DNA from: a candidate division WOR-3 bacterium
Lineage (GTDB): Bacteria > Hydrothermota > Tepidihabitantia > Tepidihabitantales > Tepidihabitantaceae
DNA length: 56,809 nt
Assembly (NCBI GenBank): GCA_965648935.1
Contig: CBFGIY010000004.1
Coordinates: 1-56,809 of the forward strand
Direction: 5' to 3'
Positions 19,301 to 26,771 of the stretch are shown here, in pieces. The notes below the pieces were generated by a model. That model was given only the letters and a program-made list of their open reading frames with translations. It did no database searches and was not told the DNA's origin. Within the stretch, counting starts at the first letter, position 1. The number at the start of each line of letters is the position of its first letter. Both the position numbers and the translations under genes were made by a program.

Positions 19301-19440
19301 GATTCAGCCCGCGCGCTTCGCTTTCGTACGAGCAGACCTTGGCCGAACGATTCAACGGAGCACTCGGCTACAGCTTTGAGCGCCGACCGGGCCGCGCCGT
19401 TGAGCACGTCCTCGATGCTTCCCTGAGAATCTCGTTCTAG
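16306..19440 (+). CDS. very large hypothetical outer-membrane protein (beta-barrel-like)
   Basis: 1044 aa with an N-terminal signal-like MAILTLVLASAVG. The body is long, glycine/arginine-rich, with alternating-strand character. The C-terminus LDASLRISF ends in Phe like OMP beta-signals. The start could be TTG 16306 or ATG 16351. Confidence 0.55.
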   Translation: MTRSAEQRASRWAVRMAILTLVLASAVGYGEQSDGRAVQYFVVEGWPSVVAFRPAAMLVGSESLWVNESLLKPDDYVIDAVAGLVWLKAAGPGSNSVRLTYRTAGSAQGAGVRVVSLDRVEAGAGSEAPRPGTQPLANADQGIDVSGDKRIAVTVGGGRSGISQITNVSARGVVDGWLIRAELSDQGLPLSADGTTRELQELERVAIDVAGHGWRGQFGDARLALPGSAFGRIERSLIGGSVFRDSGAVLMSVGFGTPRGEYGEVVVMPVEGVQGPYRLTARGSAIRIVPGSEQVLLEGRQLVRGWDADYVIDYETAELVFTNRRRLTARSRTEVRFQYATDAYRREAFSATVASNLGAVTVGAGVLREGDDPKRSVLEAFNDEELAELAKVAGDSGVAWLDGAEQVQPGDGDYVLEEGVYRFVGAGRGNYRVRFTLVGDSLGRYRYDDTLFAYRYVGSGSGEFEPAVRVLLPARNEAAQASITYRLGPAIGRAEAVGLRHSTNLFAPGSSARVDGGLALGVDIGDSSLGCGYTRRMRSGRFELPGAEAESDMAFRWGTAGRSPLLSQDGLAAHWRPLPNVSGLLRIGRGQTRAGDVLSLLEGLASIGFVEAWLLRNAVATRWRLTARPELGAVQPLAEVVVSDSSVTRRVEPGFGIAVRPLSGSRFEVNYRLDWFGPAGSSLLPTAAVERHWIDAAGELERGHWRAGVFGTLALPAPAGSTGNSARLSGTASAAWFPAGGLRVQAEVAQSHRLQPRFDELFRFVGPGRGEYERDTASGRYYPVAGGSYKRLLVRSGEEATGLERVVSGSGEFSRLRPIVVTASLNSSRVSAATADGFSQTGANVRLRTSQGLARLWPEGGLDIQTRRDPSLPATGQARSERRVYAGAGWGASARLFIQSRVELYRRDGGGSGAAVKQEGLVLEVKPDLDRVGDGLAGMDWRRVATAGSDSARLVAMQIGVGRGLTLPWRARVRGDAGVVYRTADGPLPPEVGVTEPLGFSPRASLSYEQTLAERFNGALGYSFERRPGRAVEHVLDASLRISF

Positions 19441-19482
19441 CAAGATGTTGACACCGCGCGGTGGCGCGGGCAAGCTGTTGTG

Positions 19483-19491
19483 TGATAGAAT
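19483..19491 (+). promoter_or_regulatory. possible extended -10 promoter element
   Basis: TGaTAGAAT, with no good -35 at a 16-17 nt spacing. A hairpin ccgcgc-ggtg-gcgcgg (19453-19468) lies just upstream and could terminate the 1044-aa gene. Confidence 0.3.
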
Positions 19492-19546
19492 CGGCGCTTA
19501 GGCGGCCGGGCTCCAGTAGTTCGGTCGACAAAAGGAGTGAACTGCA

Positions 19547-20125
19547 ATGATGTCATCAATGAGAGGCGCGGCATCGGGCGGACGCGCCCCGCGGCGCGGC
19601 AAGGGCCAGTCGTCGAACACCCAGTACCTGTTGATCGGCATCATCGGTGTGGCCGTCATAGTGGCAGCCGTGTTGATGCTCAGCGGCGGCAAGCCTAAGT
19701 CGACACGACCGGCGAGTTCAAAGAAGTCCAGCACATCGGCCGTCTCAAGCAAGAAGCAACGCTCAAGCAGGAGGTCGGAGTTCTCCGGTCAAGAGAGGGT
19801 CAGCTCCCGGGACCTGCGCCGTATGGAGAAGGCGAAGCGCAGAGAAGAGGCCCGCGCAGCCCGGTCCGGTGGCAGCCGGCGTGGCTCGAAGCGTTCACGG
19901 TCGGGCGGTACGGCTGGGGCGAGAGTCGCGAACTACAGCCCGAGCACGCTGCGCGCGATCATCACTGACGAGTCCGGAACGCGAATGGCTCTGGTCGGAG
20001 AGAGGCGCCTCAAACCCGGCGATGTCCTCGAAGGCCGTAGGGTGACCGAGGTCGGGCCCGATGCTGTCAAGGTCGAGTTCCGGCAGTCTGAGTACACGGT
20101 CCGTGTCGGTGGCTCGATCTACTAA
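19547..20125 (+). CDS. hypothetical membrane-anchored protein with a basic low-complexity linker and a PilP/GspC-like C-terminal beta domain
   Basis: One TM segment (YLLIGIIGVAVIVAAVLML), about 90 aa rich in K/R/S, and a C-terminus ALVGERRLKPGDVLEGRRVTEVGPDAVKVEF. AAGGAG lies 9 nt before the ATG. Confidence 0.5.
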   Translation: MMSSMRGAASGGRAPRRGKGQSSNTQYLLIGIIGVAVIVAAVLMLSGGKPKSTRPASSKKSSTSAVSSKKQRSSRRSEFSGQERVSSRDLRRMEKAKRREEARAARSGGSRRGSKRSRSGGTAGARVANYSPSTLRAIITDESGTRMALVGERRLKPGDVLEGRRVTEVGPDAVKVEFRQSEYTVRVGGSIY

Positions 20126-20144
20126 CGTAGTCACGTCCGGCGTA

Positions 20145-20741
20145 GTGCCAAGCGGCGTGACACGTCTTGCCGCTGTTGCCGTCTGCCTGCTGGTCCTGAC
20201 GGCCGTCTTGGCTCACGCCGCAGAGCTGCTGGTAAACGGAGCCTTCGAGGAACCGCCGGAAGTCGGATGGCGTTACCGCGTCTGGGGCGATTTCCCCGAC
20301 ACCGCCAACTGCCGGCTGGTCTGGCGCCACGACCACGAGCCGGACCGCGACTTCGAGATTCTGCTGCACAAGATGCTGCATCAGGGTGCGGTGCTGTCCC
20401 AGCTTGTCGAACTGCCGACGCTGGATGCGGCGTTCTCGGTCACCTGCCGCCTGACCGCCAAGACCGAACTGGAATCGCTCTACGCCGCGGCCGCGGTCTG
20501 TGTTGAGTACATCGACCGGCACGATTCCGTGCTGGGCGAGACCCGCATCTACTCTGCGACGCGGGGCTGCGATTGGTCCAACAGTAGCCGGCTGCATCTT
20601 GTACGCGCGCCAGATTCCCTGAACTGGCACCGCTACCGTTTCATCCTGCGGGATGAGCTTGTCAACCTGCCCGGGGTCAATCCCGACTCGGTGCGCTGCG
20701 TGCGGGTCAGCCTGCTGTCGTTTGTGCTCGGCAACTGCTGA
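20145..20741 (+). CDS. secreted protein fragment: signal peptide plus most of a jelly-roll/CBM-like domain, ended by an in-frame TGA
   Basis: RLAAVAVCLLVLTAVLAHA signal, then ELLVNGAFEE, a typical first strand of CBM4/9-like domains. The start could be GTG 20145 or 20157. It ends at TGA 20739-20741 in the same frame as the next ORF. Confidence 0.55.
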   Translation: MPSGVTRLAAVAVCLLVLTAVLAHAAELLVNGAFEEPPEVGWRYRVWGDFPDTANCRLVWRHDHEPDRDFEILLHKMLHQGAVLSQLVELPTLDAAFSVTCRLTAKTELESLYAAAAVCVEYIDRHDSVLGETRIYSATRGCDWSNSSRLHLVRAPDSLNWHRYRFILRDELVNLPGVNPDSVRCVRVSLLSFVLGNC

Positions 20742-20751
20742 AGTGTATACC

Positions 20752-20775
20752 CAGCGGCGAAGGTCTTCGCCGATG
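20752..20775 (+). other. SECIS-like hairpin 13 nt downstream of the in-frame TGA
   Basis: Apical stem GGCGAA/TTCGCC (20756-20761 / 20766-20771) with loop GGTC (20762-20765). It extends through c20755-g20772, a G.A mismatch, a20753-t20774 and c20752-g20775. Confidence 0.25.
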
Positions 20776-20894
20776 ACGTCTCGCTGGCGACGCGTGACGC
20801 GCCGGCGCTGACCTTCAAGTCGTTTCGGGTATCTGACACAGGCCGCGCCGCGAATCGCAAGCTTGACCCGGGTGAGACAGCCGACCTGACCCTG

Positions 20895-22115
20895 GTGCTG
20901 CGTAACTGCGGCAGCGCCAGCGGCCCGGTCACGGCGACGCTGGAGAGCGATTCGCCGTGGCTCGTTGTGCGCGAGCCGAGCGGTCATTTCCCGGCAGCGG
21001 AAGAGGGCGAGACGACCGCTTCGGCGGGCCGCGGGTTCGTGCTGAGCGTCCTGCCGGGAGCGCCGACCGAGGTTCACCAGCGGTGCCTGCTCGTCCTCGC
21101 CGGCAGCGGCTACTGTGAGACGCTGCAAGTGCCGCTGGTCGTCGGGGACTCGATGAACCTTCCCGCCGGGCCTGATGCCTACGGCTTCCGCATCTACGAC
21201 CGCACCGACTCAGCTTACATACTGCCGCGCTACGACTGGTGTGACCGGCAGGGCGCCGGCACCAGGCTTGTGCTTGGCGACGACGAGACGGTGACGCTGC
21301 GGCTGCCGGTGCGTTTCGGCGCATGGCGCTACTACGGGCAGGACTACGAGTCGCTGTCAGTCTGTTCGAACGGTTGGGTAGCGCCCGGCACCACTAGCCG
21401 CCGGGACTTCGTCAACGTCATCCTGCCGTACGCCAACGCTCCGCCGAACACGGTCGCGCTGTGCTGGGACAACCTCGACCCGTCCGCGCACGGCGCGGTG
21501 TGGTTCTATGATGACTCGCTCGGCGACCGACTTGTCATCGAGTTCGACTCCGTGCCCTATTTCGCGCCGGCCGACAAGTGGGAAAAGGCGCAGCTTCAGG
21601 TGCACGGCCGGAGCTTCCCGACCCCGTCCGGCGACAATGCGCTGAGCATGCACTTCAAGACATTCAACTACTACAAGACCGGCACGGTCGGGCTGCAGAA
21701 TCGCGACGGTACTGCCGGCCTGACTCACCTGTGGGATGTCTGGTATCCGCGCGTCGCAGCGCCGCTCGGGGCGGGGCAGGCGCTGCTGCTGATGGCCGAC
21801 GGGCCAAGCGGGGCTTGCGAGCCGAAGCCTGCTCCACAGACCGGCCGCGTCAGCGCCGGCGCACGACCCAACCCGTTTTCGGCGCTCACGACGCTGACCC
21901 TTGGCCCGGACCTGGACCGCAGCGCCAAGGCGCGGGTGCTTGACGTCGCCGGCCGGGCGGTAGTGAGTCTTCAGGTGTTGGTATCGAAAGGCGCAGCCCA
22001 GGCAGCGTGGGACGGCCGCGACCGCGCGGGCCGGCCGGCACCGGCCGGCGTGTACTTTGCCGAGGTTTCCGGGGGCGGAAACAAGGCGCTTGTCAGGCTG
22101 GAGCTGGTTCGCTAG
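20895..22115 (+). CDS. secreted protein with a CARDB-like module and a FlgD-Ig/T9SS-type C-terminal sorting domain; the reading frame is open back to 20742
   Basis: The C-terminus RPNPFSALTTLTL...ARVLDVAGRAVVSL...WDGRDRAGRPAPAGVYFAEV...LVRLELVR. The GTG at 20895 chosen by the ORF caller cuts a domain (KLDPGETADLTLVLRNCGSAS) in half. Confidence 0.6.
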   Translation: MLRNCGSASGPVTATLESDSPWLVVREPSGHFPAAEEGETTASAGRGFVLSVLPGAPTEVHQRCLLVLAGSGYCETLQVPLVVGDSMNLPAGPDAYGFRIYDRTDSAYILPRYDWCDRQGAGTRLVLGDDETVTLRLPVRFGAWRYYGQDYESLSVCSNGWVAPGTTSRRDFVNVILPYANAPPNTVALCWDNLDPSAHGAVWFYDDSLGDRLVIEFDSVPYFAPADKWEKAQLQVHGRSFPTPSGDNALSMHFKTFNYYKTGTVGLQNRDGTAGLTHLWDVWYPRVAAPLGAGQALLLMADGPSGACEPKPAPQTGRVSAGARPNPFSALTTLTLGPDLDRSAKARVLDVAGRAVVSLQVLVSKGAAQAAWDGRDRAGRPAPAGVYFAEVSGGGNKALVRLELVR

Positions 22116-22130
22116 CCCGGCCGCGCCTCG

Positions 22131-23387
22131 TTAGCGTGTTCCTTCGAGGAAGTCCTGGCGGCGGGCGAGGCTCGTGCGCAGGAAGTACACGAGCGTGTTG
22201 TAGAAACCGACGCGGCGCGGTCGGCGCACAAGCCGGCGGGCGATGCTTCCTATCGAGTAGAACTCACCCATAACCCACGATGGCTCGGCAGGGGTCACCC
22301 TTGCCCCCGCGCAGACCGGGTCGCAGAGCAACGCACGGTCGGCAGCGAAGCCGCAGCGACGCACGCACACGAAGTCGACATCGATGCGCCGGAACACCGT
22401 GAGCAACGGGCGGTAGTCGTCCCACCGGTCGGTTGCGGTGAGAGTGACTGTGGTGCCGACAAGCATCCGAGCCGAGTGCAGGGTCTTCACCGAGCGGTAG
22501 AGGGCGCGCGTGGTGTTCTCCGAGAAATCGCGGTCGCGCAGCACCGGCCGCAGGAAGCTCTCGTCCAGAGTGACGATGCGGGTGCCGCTGCGTGACAGGG
22601 CGCGGACAAGCCCGGGCTGGCGAAACAGCCGGGTCGAAGCCCGGACCATCCAGTGCCGCCGGTAGTGCCAGAGGAGGCGGAAAAGGTCGGTGTAGTACTC
22701 GGGCACGGCCGCGACATCGCAGTCCAGGACTTCAACCAGCTTGCCCGGCAGCGAGATGACTTCGCCGATGACCTCGTCGGCGGGGCGCAGGCAGACAGCA
22801 TCGCCGAAGTAGAGCCGTTCCGGGCAATACGGCGCGGACTCAGGCGGGCAGTTGCAGCCCCGCGCGAACTGGATTGCCTGGTAGCCGGGGTCGAGGCCGC
22901 CGAGTCGGGCGGCGGACATATCGGGCACGACATAGCCCGGCCTGGCCGGTGCGCGGATCACGCGCGGCACGTTGCCGGATTCCAGCGCCGGGCGCAGCGA
23001 CGGCCAGGCAAGGGTGATGTCGCCGAGCACGACGTGGCGCACCGGTTCGGGCGGCGCGTCGCCCCAGGCCGTGGCCTGCGGTCCGAAGAATACAAGCGGG
23101 CCGATGGCAGGCAATCGGGAACTGCCGTTCGCGGCCGCCCGGGCCAGTCGGCGGGCAGCGTCGTGACAGCCCGGCCCGACGTGGACCAGGGTCGCGTCGG
23201 CCTGGGGCAGCGAGCGCGTGTCAGCGGTGCGTTCGTCGAGGTACTCGAGGCGGTCGTGCGGGGCCGCCAGTGCTGCCAGCCGGCAGATTTCGGTGTTGGG
23301 AGCGAGAGCGAGGCGCGACCCGCGGGGCGGGTATCCGGGTCTGAGGCGCTGTGAGTCAGTCGCCAGCGCCAGCGCGGTTATCTTCAC
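22131..23387 (-). CDS. B12-binding-domain / radical-SAM-like protein with a non-canonical cysteine motif
   Basis: An N-terminal Rossmann-like region is followed by QFARGCNCPPESAPYCPERLYFG...RPADEVIGEV where class B radical SAM enzymes have RGCxxxCxFC...R..e.V..Ei. GTG start with a GTGA overlap onto rseP. Confidence 0.45.
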   Translation of the reverse strand: MKITALALATDSQRLRPGYPPRGSRLALAPNTEICRLAALAAPHDRLEYLDERTADTRSLPQADATLVHVGPGCHDAARRLARAAANGSSRLPAIGPLVFFGPQATAWGDAPPEPVRHVVLGDITLAWPSLRPALESGNVPRVIRAPARPGYVVPDMSAARLGGLDPGYQAIQFARGCNCPPESAPYCPERLYFGDAVCLRPADEVIGEVISLPGKLVEVLDCDVAAVPEYYTDLFRLLWHYRRHWMVRASTRLFRQPGLVRALSRSGTRIVTLDESFLRPVLRDRDFSENTTRALYRSVKTLHSARMLVGTTVTLTATDRWDDYRPLLTVFRRIDVDFVCVRRCGFAADRALLCDPVCAGARVTPAEPSWVMGEFYSIGSIARRLVRRPRRVGFYNTLVYFLRTSLARRQDFLEGTR

Positions 23388-24931
23388 CCGCCGACCAGGC
23401 GCAGTATATCGTTGAAGATAAGATATGCAAACAGCAGGCCGATCAGGGCCCAGCCGACACGCATCGCCCAGGTCATCTCGCGGTCGCTCAGGCGTCGCCG
23501 CCTCAGCGCCTCGATGCCGAACAGCGCGATGTGACCGCCGTCGAGGACCGGGACCGGCAGCATGTTGACGACGAAGAGGTTGATCGAGAGCAGCGCCCAG
23601 AGGGCGAGGAAGTACTCGATGCCCCAGCTCGTGCCCTCGTATGTCACCTTGGCGACGAACACCGGTCCGCCGATGGCGCGGCCGGGAATACGCCGGGTGA
23701 TGACCTTGTAGACGATTTCGAAGGTGCGCACGACCAGGTCGCCGGTGCGGGTTGTTGCCTGCCAGATCGCGGCAAAAAAGCCCAGCCGTTCGCGCGGCAT
23801 CGCCGGCATTATGCCAATCTCGCCGCGCTTCTCACCGGTGACGCCATCCGGGGTCGGGGTTGGCGTCACCGTGGCGGCCATCTCGGCTCCGTTGCGCGAC
23901 CAGACCAGATCAAGGGCGACGCCGGCGCTTGCCTGGACGATTCGGCGGTAGTCTTCCCAGCGCTCTACGCGGGTGCCCGATACGCTGATGATCGTGTCGC
24001 CGGCGCGCAAGCCGGCACGCTCGGCCGGGCTGCGGCGACGGACCTGGCCGACAACCGGGCGGATGAGCGCTTCGACCTGGCGCGCCGGCGACCGCAACGC
24101 TATACCAATCTGCCAGGTGCGTTCGGCCGTGTTCGGGTCGATGGCGGCGACCGGCGTAATCGACTCGGCCAGCGCAGCCCCGGCACGGCGCCACTCGACC
24201 TGGACCGGTCGTCCCGCGGATGAGCGGATGAGCCGGCTGACGCCGTCCCAGCGCAGCACGGCCGTGCCGTTCACCGCGGTTATCGTGTCACCGGGCAGTA
24301 TGCCTGCCTTTGCCGCCGGGCCGCCGGGGCGCACTTCCTCGACGATCGCGGTGCCGGGTCCGAGCCAGGTGTCGGACGGCACGGTCCATTTGACGGTCAG
24401 CAGTTCGCCGGCGCGGCGAACCGTGAAGTCGACCTCAGTCCCCGGGTTGGTGTAGAGCGCGTTCTCGAGCGCGGCGAAGTCGCGCACGGGCCGGCCGTGA
24501 GCCGATTCCACGACGTCGCCGATCCGGAAACCGGCCGCCTCGGCAGCGCCGCCCGGCGCCGGGTCGATGACCGGGGCGACATAGCTGAGGCCGAAAGCGG
24601 CGTACATCACGCAGAGCAGAACGAAGCCGAGCAGGAGATTCGAGACCGGGCCGGCCGCTATGACCGCGACACGCACGCCGACCGGCCGGTCGAGGAAGCC
24701 GCCGGTACCGGGCTTCTCGTCGCCGGCCATTTTGATGAAGCCGCCGAGCGGCACGATGGCCAGACGGTACTCGGTCTCGGCGATGCGTTTGCGCAGGATG
24801 ACCGGGCCGAACCCGACCGAGAATGCCTCGACCGGTATGCGGGCGGCCTTGGCCATCAGCAGGTGGCCGAACTCGTGGATGGTTATGAGCAGGCCGATGG
24901 TGACCGCGACGAGGAGTATCGATGGTATCAA
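23384..24931 (-). CDS. rseP: RIP metalloprotease RseP (site-2 protease, M50) with three PDZ-like segments
   Basis: HEFGHLLMAKAA (HExxH), three GxxxGDxI PDZ-like stretches, and a C-terminal NLLPVPVLDGGH motif (here NMLPVPVLDGGH). Confidence 0.92.
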   Translation of the reverse strand: MIPSILLVAVTIGLLITIHEFGHLLMAKAARIPVEAFSVGFGPVILRKRIAETEYRLAIVPLGGFIKMAGDEKPGTGGFLDRPVGVRVAVIAAGPVSNLLLGFVLLCVMYAAFGLSYVAPVIDPAPGGAAEAAGFRIGDVVESAHGRPVRDFAALENALYTNPGTEVDFTVRRAGELLTVKWTVPSDTWLGPGTAIVEEVRPGGPAAKAGILPGDTITAVNGTAVLRWDGVSRLIRSSAGRPVQVEWRRAGAALAESITPVAAIDPNTAERTWQIGIALRSPARQVEALIRPVVGQVRRRSPAERAGLRAGDTIISVSGTRVERWEDYRRIVQASAGVALDLVWSRNGAEMAATVTPTPTPDGVTGEKRGEIGIMPAMPRERLGFFAAIWQATTRTGDLVVRTFEIVYKVITRRIPGRAIGGPVFVAKVTYEGTSWGIEYFLALWALLSINLFVVNMLPVPVLDGGHIALFGIEALRRRRLSDREMTWAMRVGWALIGLLFAYLIFNDILRLVGG

Positions 24932-26091
24932 GGCAGCTCCTTTGCTGCGGCTGCGGCGGCCGCTCTGCGGGCACGGGCTTCAATCTGCAGCAATGCGCCA
25001 ATCGTGCGGGCCGGCGAACCGGTCCTGACCGTGGTCTTCATAGCGGCCCCTATGATGCGCGGTATCGCACCCAGTTCAAGCTTTGCCGAAAGGAAGGCTT
25101 CGACCGCGACGTCGTTGGCCGCATTGAGAGCGCAGGTCGCGGCCGGGCCGGCCCGCAGTGCCCGGCAGGCGAGGTCGAAGCAGGGGAACCGGCGCCGGTC
25201 AACCGGCGCGAACTCGAGCGCGAAAGCGCGTCCGAACCCGAGCGGCCGGACGAGCGCGGGGACCCGGTCGGGCCAGGTCAGCGCGTACTGCACCGGCAGC
25301 CGCATGTCCGGCACCGAGAGCTGGCCGAGCAGCGAACCGTCCGCATACTCGACCATGGAGTGGACCACGGATTGCGGATGAATCACGGCCGCGACCTGGG
25401 CCGGTGCGAGCCCGAACAGCCGGGCTGTCTCGATCAGCTCGAGGCCCTTGTTCATCAGCGTGGCCGAGTCGACGGTTATCTTGCGGCCCATCTTCCAGGT
25501 CGGGTGCCTGAGCACGTCGGCGATGCGGGCGCGCTGCGGCGGGCCGGTGCGGCGGAATGGGCCGCCCGAGGCGGTGAGTATCACCCGGCGGACTTCGCGC
25601 GCGCCGCGGCCGCACAGACACTGGTGCACGGCCGACAGCTCGGAGTCGATGGGCAGGACTTCGGCGCCGCGGCGCCGGGCAAGGCGCATCAGCGGTTCGC
25701 CGTAGCCGACAAGCAGTTCCTTGGTGGCGAGGCAGATGCGCTTGCCGCGCTCGGCCGCGGCCAGGGTCGGCAACAGCCCGGCTGTGCCCGACATCACCAT
25801 CACGACGGTGTCGACCGCGGCCAGCGCCGCGGCGTCAATCATCGCGCCCGGGCCGAACTCGACACGGCAATCGCGTCCCAGTTCGCGGCGCGCGTGCTCG
25901 CAGGCGGCGAGGTCGCTGAGAACGATGCGCCGCGGCGAGAACTCCCGCGCCTGGGCTATGATGGCGCGCACCGAGCGGTTCGCGGCAAGCGTGTGAATGC
26001 AGAACCTGTCGGGCAGGTGGCGCGCCACGTCGAGGACGGCGCGGCCGACCGACCCGGTGGAGCCGAAGACCGCTAGGTTCCGGCGGCGCAT
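24928..26091 (-). CDS. dxr: 1-deoxy-D-xylulose 5-phosphate reductoisomerase
   Basis: LAVFGSTGSVGRAVLDV...LPIDSELSAVHQCL...HPTWKMGRKITVDSATLMNKGLE. Confidence 0.95.
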   Translation of the reverse strand: MRRRNLAVFGSTGSVGRAVLDVARHLPDRFCIHTLAANRSVRAIIAQAREFSPRRIVLSDLAACEHARRELGRDCRVEFGPGAMIDAAALAAVDTVVMVMSGTAGLLPTLAAAERGKRICLATKELLVGYGEPLMRLARRRGAEVLPIDSELSAVHQCLCGRGAREVRRVILTASGGPFRRTGPPQRARIADVLRHPTWKMGRKITVDSATLMNKGLELIETARLFGLAPAQVAAVIHPQSVVHSMVEYADGSLLGQLSVPDMRLPVQYALTWPDRVPALVRPLGFGRAFALEFAPVDRRRFPCFDLACRALRAGPAATCALNAANDVAVEAFLSAKLELGAIPRIIGAAMKTTVRTGSPARTIGALLQIEARARRAAAAAAAKELP

Positions 26092-26771
26092 AGCAGTCGG
26101 GCAGCGAGCCTGAGGTCGGCGCGCGTGGTGACCTTGATGTTGTCGGCGGGCCCCTCAATCCAGCTGACCGCGACGCCGAGGCGTTCGACCAGAGCGCAGT
26201 CGTCGGTGGCCGCGACGCCTTCGGCCTCGGCCGCGGCGTGGGCACGCTTGATGAGCGGCAACGGGAAGAACTGCGGTGTCTGGACCGCGACCAGACCGGT
26301 GCGGTCGAGAGTCGCGATGATAGTGCCGCCCTGCGCGCGTTTGACCGTGTCGGTCACGGGACGGGCCAGCGTGACCGGCCCCAGCCTGCGCGCCGCGGCG
26401 AATCCGGAGCGCAGCAGGGCTCGGCTGATGAGCGGACGGGCCGCGTCGTGAATCGCGACGAAGCCGTCATCGGGCAGCCGCGCCAAGCCGAGCCGGACCG
26501 AGTCGGTGCGTTCACGTCCGCCCGGCACCACGGCGCTGACGCGGGTAAGGCCAGCGCGGCGGATGAGCGAGCGAACCCGCGTGAGCAGCCCGGCCGGCAC
26601 GACCACGACGCAGCCGCTGAGTCCGGGGCATGCTTCGAATGCTTCTAGCGAGTGGAGCAGAAGGGGTTTGCCGCACAGCCGCGCGAGCTGCTTGGTTCCG
26701 CCGAACCGCAGTCCCGCACCGCCGGCCGCGACCAGCCCCCACAGCGCAGGGCCGGCCCTTCTGGGTTTCAC
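26073..26771 (-). CDS. ispD: 2-C-methyl-D-erythritol 4-phosphate cytidylyltransferase
   Basis: VAAGGAGLRFGGTKQLARLCGKPLL...IHDAARPL...VQTPQFF. It overlaps dxr by 19 nt. Confidence 0.9.
   Translation of the reverse strand: MKPRRAGPALWGLVAAGGAGLRFGGTKQLARLCGKPLLLHSLEAFEACPGLSGCVVVVPAGLLTRVRSLIRRAGLTRVSAVVPGGRERTDSVRLGLARLPDDGFVAIHDAARPLISRALLRSGFAAARRLGPVTLARPVTDTVKRAQGGTIIATLDRTGLVAVQTPQFFPLPLIKRAHAAAEAEGVAATDDCALVERLGVAVSWIEGPADNIKVTTRADLRLAARLLCAAGT

Noticed and set aside
19448-19453. Perfect TTGACA hexamer upstream of gene 19547
   Set aside because: No TAnnnT element lies at the 16-17 nt spacing used by every other promoter here. Only the extended -10 at 19483-19491 is reported, at low confidence.
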